In this document: piece by piece, positions 61,134 to 64,000 of the stretch
Layout: the number at the start of each line of letters is the position of its first letter
How positions within the stretch are numbered: position 1 is the stretch's first letter
NCBI GenBank assembly: GCA_018654845.1
Contig: JABIKU010000016.1
Coordinates: 3,727-67,726 of the forward strand
Reading direction: 5' to 3'
DNA: 64,000 nucleotides
Source of the DNA: Methanobacteriota archaeon
GTDB taxonomy: Archaea > Thermoplasmatota > Poseidoniia > Poseidoniales > Thalassarchaeaceae
Notes under the pieces: model-generated
What the model saw: only the letters and a program-made list of their open reading frames with translations
The model's database searches: none
What the model was told of the DNA's origin: nothing
Translations under genes and position numbers: made by a program

Positions 61134-63175
61134 TGTAATTCCCCCCGTTGTTCTGAAAATGTCTTATTGAGTAAATCTTTTGAAACCTCGGAAGCAAGAG
61201 TCACTTGCAAATTCCCATCATTATTCATTGCTCGTCTAATAGTAAATTTGGCTTCAGAGTTTTGAGCCCATGCTCTCCTCGCAACCCCATTATTTACATC
61301 CCAGGATAGCATTGAGTTAAGATTGGAAGTTGATTGTTCAGTTCCATCTAATAACAAACCAAATCCTCCATTGGAAACTTCTCCCCAACCAACACCACCT
61401 CCGTTGTGTAAACTAACCCACGTAGCTCCTCTAAATGAGTCCCCTATGAAATTTTGAACAGACATATCTGCTGTAAACATTGAACCATCTCTAATATTAG
61501 CAGTTTCTCGATATGGGCTATCTGTGCCACTAACGTCGTGGTGATCCCTACCTAATACGATTGGTGCGGATATTGTTCCATCTGATATAGCTTGATTAAA
61601 CGCATTACCAATTTCTCTTCTTCCGATTTCATCAACATACAGAATTCGAGCTTTACTTCCCACTACTAATTCATTGTATTTGGCTAATTCAATCCATTGT
61701 AAGTTATCTGAGTATTGCATAGACAATTCATCAGGAGAGTTTTTTACTAATTTTTGTAAAATACTTATCGCAATTTTATCAGAATTTTCTAAGTCTGAAT
61801 CTAATCCTGAAGTACATACCCATCTAAAAGGACCAAATCCATAATCAAAACAAATTGGTCCCATGATATCTTCTACATAGGATGGGTATTTGTAGCCTGA
61901 AAGAGTATTATCATCGAAAATATCTGCACCAGATTTGCCGGATTCTAATAAAAATGCATTTCCATAATCCCAAAATTTCATTCCTTTATTTACTAATTTA
62001 TTGATGATATTAGTATGGCGGACAAGAGAGGATTTGACTAAATTTTTAAATTTATCAGGAGATTCTTTAATCATGAGATTGGCGCTTGAAAAAGATAATC
62101 CTACAGGGTAATATCCTCCTAACCACGGATTATGTAGGCTGGTTTGATCAGAACCTAATTCTGGGATGATATTTACCTTGTCGAGTTTTTCGAGTAAATC
62201 AACAATGTTTCCTACATACCCTAAGGAAATCGCCTCATTATTTTGAATGGCGATTTTAGTACGTGCCATTAATTCATCTAAGTCCTGAAAATATTCAGAT
62301 AACCAACCCTGTTCGTGCCGTTTTATCACAGCTCGCTCATTAATTTCTGCAATTATAGATACTACGCCCGCAATTACCCCCGCTTTAGCCTGAGCACCTG
62401 ACATTCCCCCTAAGCCGGAGGTTACGTAGAGAAGTCCTCCCATATCCTTCTGTGAAGATACGCTAAGGTATTTCCTTGCTGCATTAAGTATCGTAATAGT
62501 TGTGCCATGAACAATGCCTTGAGGTCCTATGTACATATACGAACCAGCAGTCATTTGACCGTATTGAGATACACCTAATGCATTCATAATTTCATAGTTT
62601 TCTTGGCTCGAGTAATTTGGAATGACCATTCCATTGGTAATCACTGCTCTAGGAGCATTTTTAGAAGAAGGGAATAGTCCTAAAGGATGACCAGAGTACA
62701 TAACAAGTGTCTGTTTATCATTCATATTTGACAAATAAGACATTGTCAATCTATATTGAATCCAGTTTTGAAATACTGAACCATTACCTCCGTATGTTAT
62801 TAATTCATGAGGGTATTGAGCAACTTTAGGATCTAAATTATTTTGAATCATTAACATCATACTTGCTGCTTGTAAATTCTGTGCACCATATTCTTCGATT
62901 GGTCTAGCATACATTTCATAATTAGGCCTAAAACGATACATGTATATGTGCCCATAATTAAGTAATTCTTGAGTGAATTCATCAGCTAATTCTTTGTGCC
63001 ATTTCTCTGGGAAATACCTTAGGGCATTTGCAACTGCCTGTTTTTTTTGCTTTAAATCTAAAACCTGAGGGCGAGCAGGGGCATGATCAACACCAGAATC
63101 GGTGATAGGTTGAGGGGGCAATTCGGGAGGAATACCGATCATTAAATCATCAATGAAATCAATCAATAAAATCAC
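61130..63175 (-). CDS. hutU: Urocanate hydratase, long (about 680 aa) form
   Basis: NNLDPKVAQYPHELITYGGNG, YGQMTAGSYMYIGPQGIVHGT and SGLGGMSGAQ motifs. N-terminal extension of about 70 aa relative to bacterial HutU. Confidence 0.85.
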   Translation of the reverse strand: MILLIDFIDDLMIGIPPELPPQPITDSGVDHAPARPQVLDLKQKKQAVANALRYFPEKWHKELADEFTQELLNYGHIYMYRFRPNYEMYARPIEEYGAQNLQAASMMLMIQNNLDPKVAQYPHELITYGGNGSVFQNWIQYRLTMSYLSNMNDKQTLVMYSGHPLGLFPSSKNAPRAVITNGMVIPNYSSQENYEIMNALGVSQYGQMTAGSYMYIGPQGIVHGTTITILNAARKYLSVSSQKDMGGLLYVTSGLGGMSGAQAKAGVIAGVVSIIAEINERAVIKRHEQGWLSEYFQDLDELMARTKIAIQNNEAISLGYVGNIVDLLEKLDKVNIIPELGSDQTSLHNPWLGGYYPVGLSFSSANLMIKESPDKFKNLVKSSLVRHTNIINKLVNKGMKFWDYGNAFLLESGKSGADIFDDNTLSGYKYPSYVEDIMGPICFDYGFGPFRWVCTSGLDSDLENSDKIAISILQKLVKNSPDELSMQYSDNLQWIELAKYNELVVGSKARILYVDEIGRREIGNAFNQAISDGTISAPIVLGRDHHDVSGTDSPYRETANIRDGSMFTADMSVQNFIGDSFRGATWVSLHNGGGVGWGEVSNGGFGLLLDGTEQSTSNLNSMLSWDVNNGVARRAWAQNSEAKFTIRRAMNNDGNLQVTLASEVSKDLLNKTFSEQRGELH

Positions 63176-63804
63176 TCCAATTTATTTTTCATAATGTCCC
63201 TTACATTACCAATAATCTGTTCTGCTGATTTGATAATTAATTCAGTTTCAGTAGAGTAATGATTCTTTTCGGATTCAATTAACCCACCAATATTTATTTC
63301 TACATTCAAAATTGCCAATCTTATTGAAGCATAACATATTTCAGCAGCACCAGCAGCATCAGTAATTGCATTTTGATTACAAACAGATAATAATTTAGGG
63401 ATAATTTTCAATAGTTCTAGAGATTGTTCCGCGGTTTCAAATGGGATATTAGTGGCTTTGAGTGTAGCATTTGTAATGGTGTCTTTTCTCGTTAAAATTT
63501 CTTTTTCAGAATTTTTTGGTAAACGATAAGCTTCCATCAATTGTTCAAATGCATTAGAATCGTTTTTTGCTAACTCCAAAGAACGATTTAAATTTGAACC
63601 ATGGTTAGAAATAATCTGATTAGAAATCTCCTGTCCAGATAACCATTTTTCCCTCCCTATAGTTAGATTGGCGACCATTGATGTTAACGAATAAGCATGA
63701 GCCAAACAAAGTGCTGCAACAGCTCCCCCACCTGGAGTTGGTGATTTAGAAGAAATATCATTTAAGATTGAGGTGTAACCTTCATTCATTTTGTTCAACC
63801 TCAT
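63172..63804 (-). CDS. Formimidoyltetrahydrofolate cyclodeaminase (FTCD C-terminal domain homologue)
   Basis: SPTPGGGAVAALCLAHAYSLTSMVANLTIG matches the cyclodeaminase (FTCD_C) family. The alternative ATG at 63788 overlaps the upstream gene's stop. Confidence 0.7.
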   Translation of the reverse strand: MRLNKMNEGYTSILNDISSKSPTPGGGAVAALCLAHAYSLTSMVANLTIGREKWLSGQEISNQIISNHGSNLNRSLELAKNDSNAFEQLMEAYRLPKNSEKEILTRKDTITNATLKATNIPFETAEQSLELLKIIPKLLSVCNQNAITDAAGAAEICYASIRLAILNVEINIGGLIESEKNHYSTETELIIKSAEQIIGNVRDIMKNKLE

Positions 63805-64000
63805 TACGAATAGCCCACTCGATTATATTTTTATTTTTATTAAATGGTGATAAATAATCCAATCCAAGGCCAGTTATAGCGGAATCCACCAATTCCATTT
63901 CTGAAGCATGTTCTGGATTTGAGTGATACCATTTACCACTTTCAACAATTGCAGACAGGGGTATTAGCCCTACTAATTCCGAACCTAATGTTGAGGTGCC
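63782..64000 (-). CDS. Glutamate formimidoyltransferase (FTCD N-terminal domain homologue), 3' part only
   Basis: Partial ORF running off the window. The C-terminal ...GSELVGLIPLSAI... pattern resembles a formiminotransferase subdomain. Its stop overlaps the cyclodeaminase start. Confidence 0.45.
   Translation of the reverse strand, partial: GTSTLGSELVGLIPLSAIVESGKWYHSNPEHASEMELVDSAITGLGLDYLSPFNKNKNIIEWAIRNEVEQNE

Noticed and set aside
61130-63175. Possible mis-start or frameshift explaining the long HutU
   Set aside because: The N-terminal extension is in frame, overlaps the upstream gene with an ATGA junction, and is consistent with the long-form urocanases. It is kept as a real extension.
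1-64000. CRISPR arrays, IS elements, integrases, prophage or toxin-antitoxin islands
   Set aside because: No direct-repeat/spacer periodicity, no transposase- or integrase-like ORFs, and no terminal inverted repeats were seen. Both tRNAs are flanked by ordinary genes.

Overview
Low-GC, densely coding 64 kb window that is archaeal. Evidence: archaeal ribosomal proteins S19e/L39e/L31e/S17e, the aCPSF1/FttA termination factor, proteasome beta subunit, Kae1, a eukaryote/archaeal-type TrpRS, a two-domain tRNA-splicing endonuclease and an archaeal-type SRP RNA. Gene content fits a marine heterotrophic Thermoplasmatota (Marine Group II/Poseidoniales-like) genome, but that assignment is inference only. 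Housekeeping genes are interleaved with secreted peptidases, surface proteins and amino-acid catabolism. The catabolic set includes a histidine pathway with a formiminotransferase/cyclodeaminase branch, methylmalonyl-CoA mutase plus epimerase, and PntAB transhydrogenase. There is also a folE-queE-queC-msrB-queD (preQ0/archaeosine precursor) operon, a futalosine-type menaquinone radical SAM gene next to a geranylgeranyl-reductase homologue, and an Fe-S/Moco maturation cluster (YgfZ-IscA, FdhD). Two tRNAs (Pro-UGG, Val-GAC) and one unannotated structured RNA (SRP RNA) are visible. No CRISPR array, transposase, integrase or obvious prophage was seen. Most unusual items: (i) a three-gene surface module made of a secreted protein, a TatC-like membrane protein carrying a C-terminal Cys-rich extension, and an M6 (InhA-like) metalloprotease; (ii) an orphan CcmE of the archaeal CxxxY type; (iii) a bacterial-type PlsC acyltransferase and ThyA in an archaeon; (iv) an apparently eukaryote-like histidine degradation set (long-form urocanase, split FTCD); (v) msrB embedded in the que operon with a small RHH gene upstream; (vi) a (CG)n palindromic element in the topA upstream region; (vii) lineage-specific insertions and odd motifs in two aminoacyl-tRNA synthetases. 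All functional calls rest on motif recognition by eye, without database searches.
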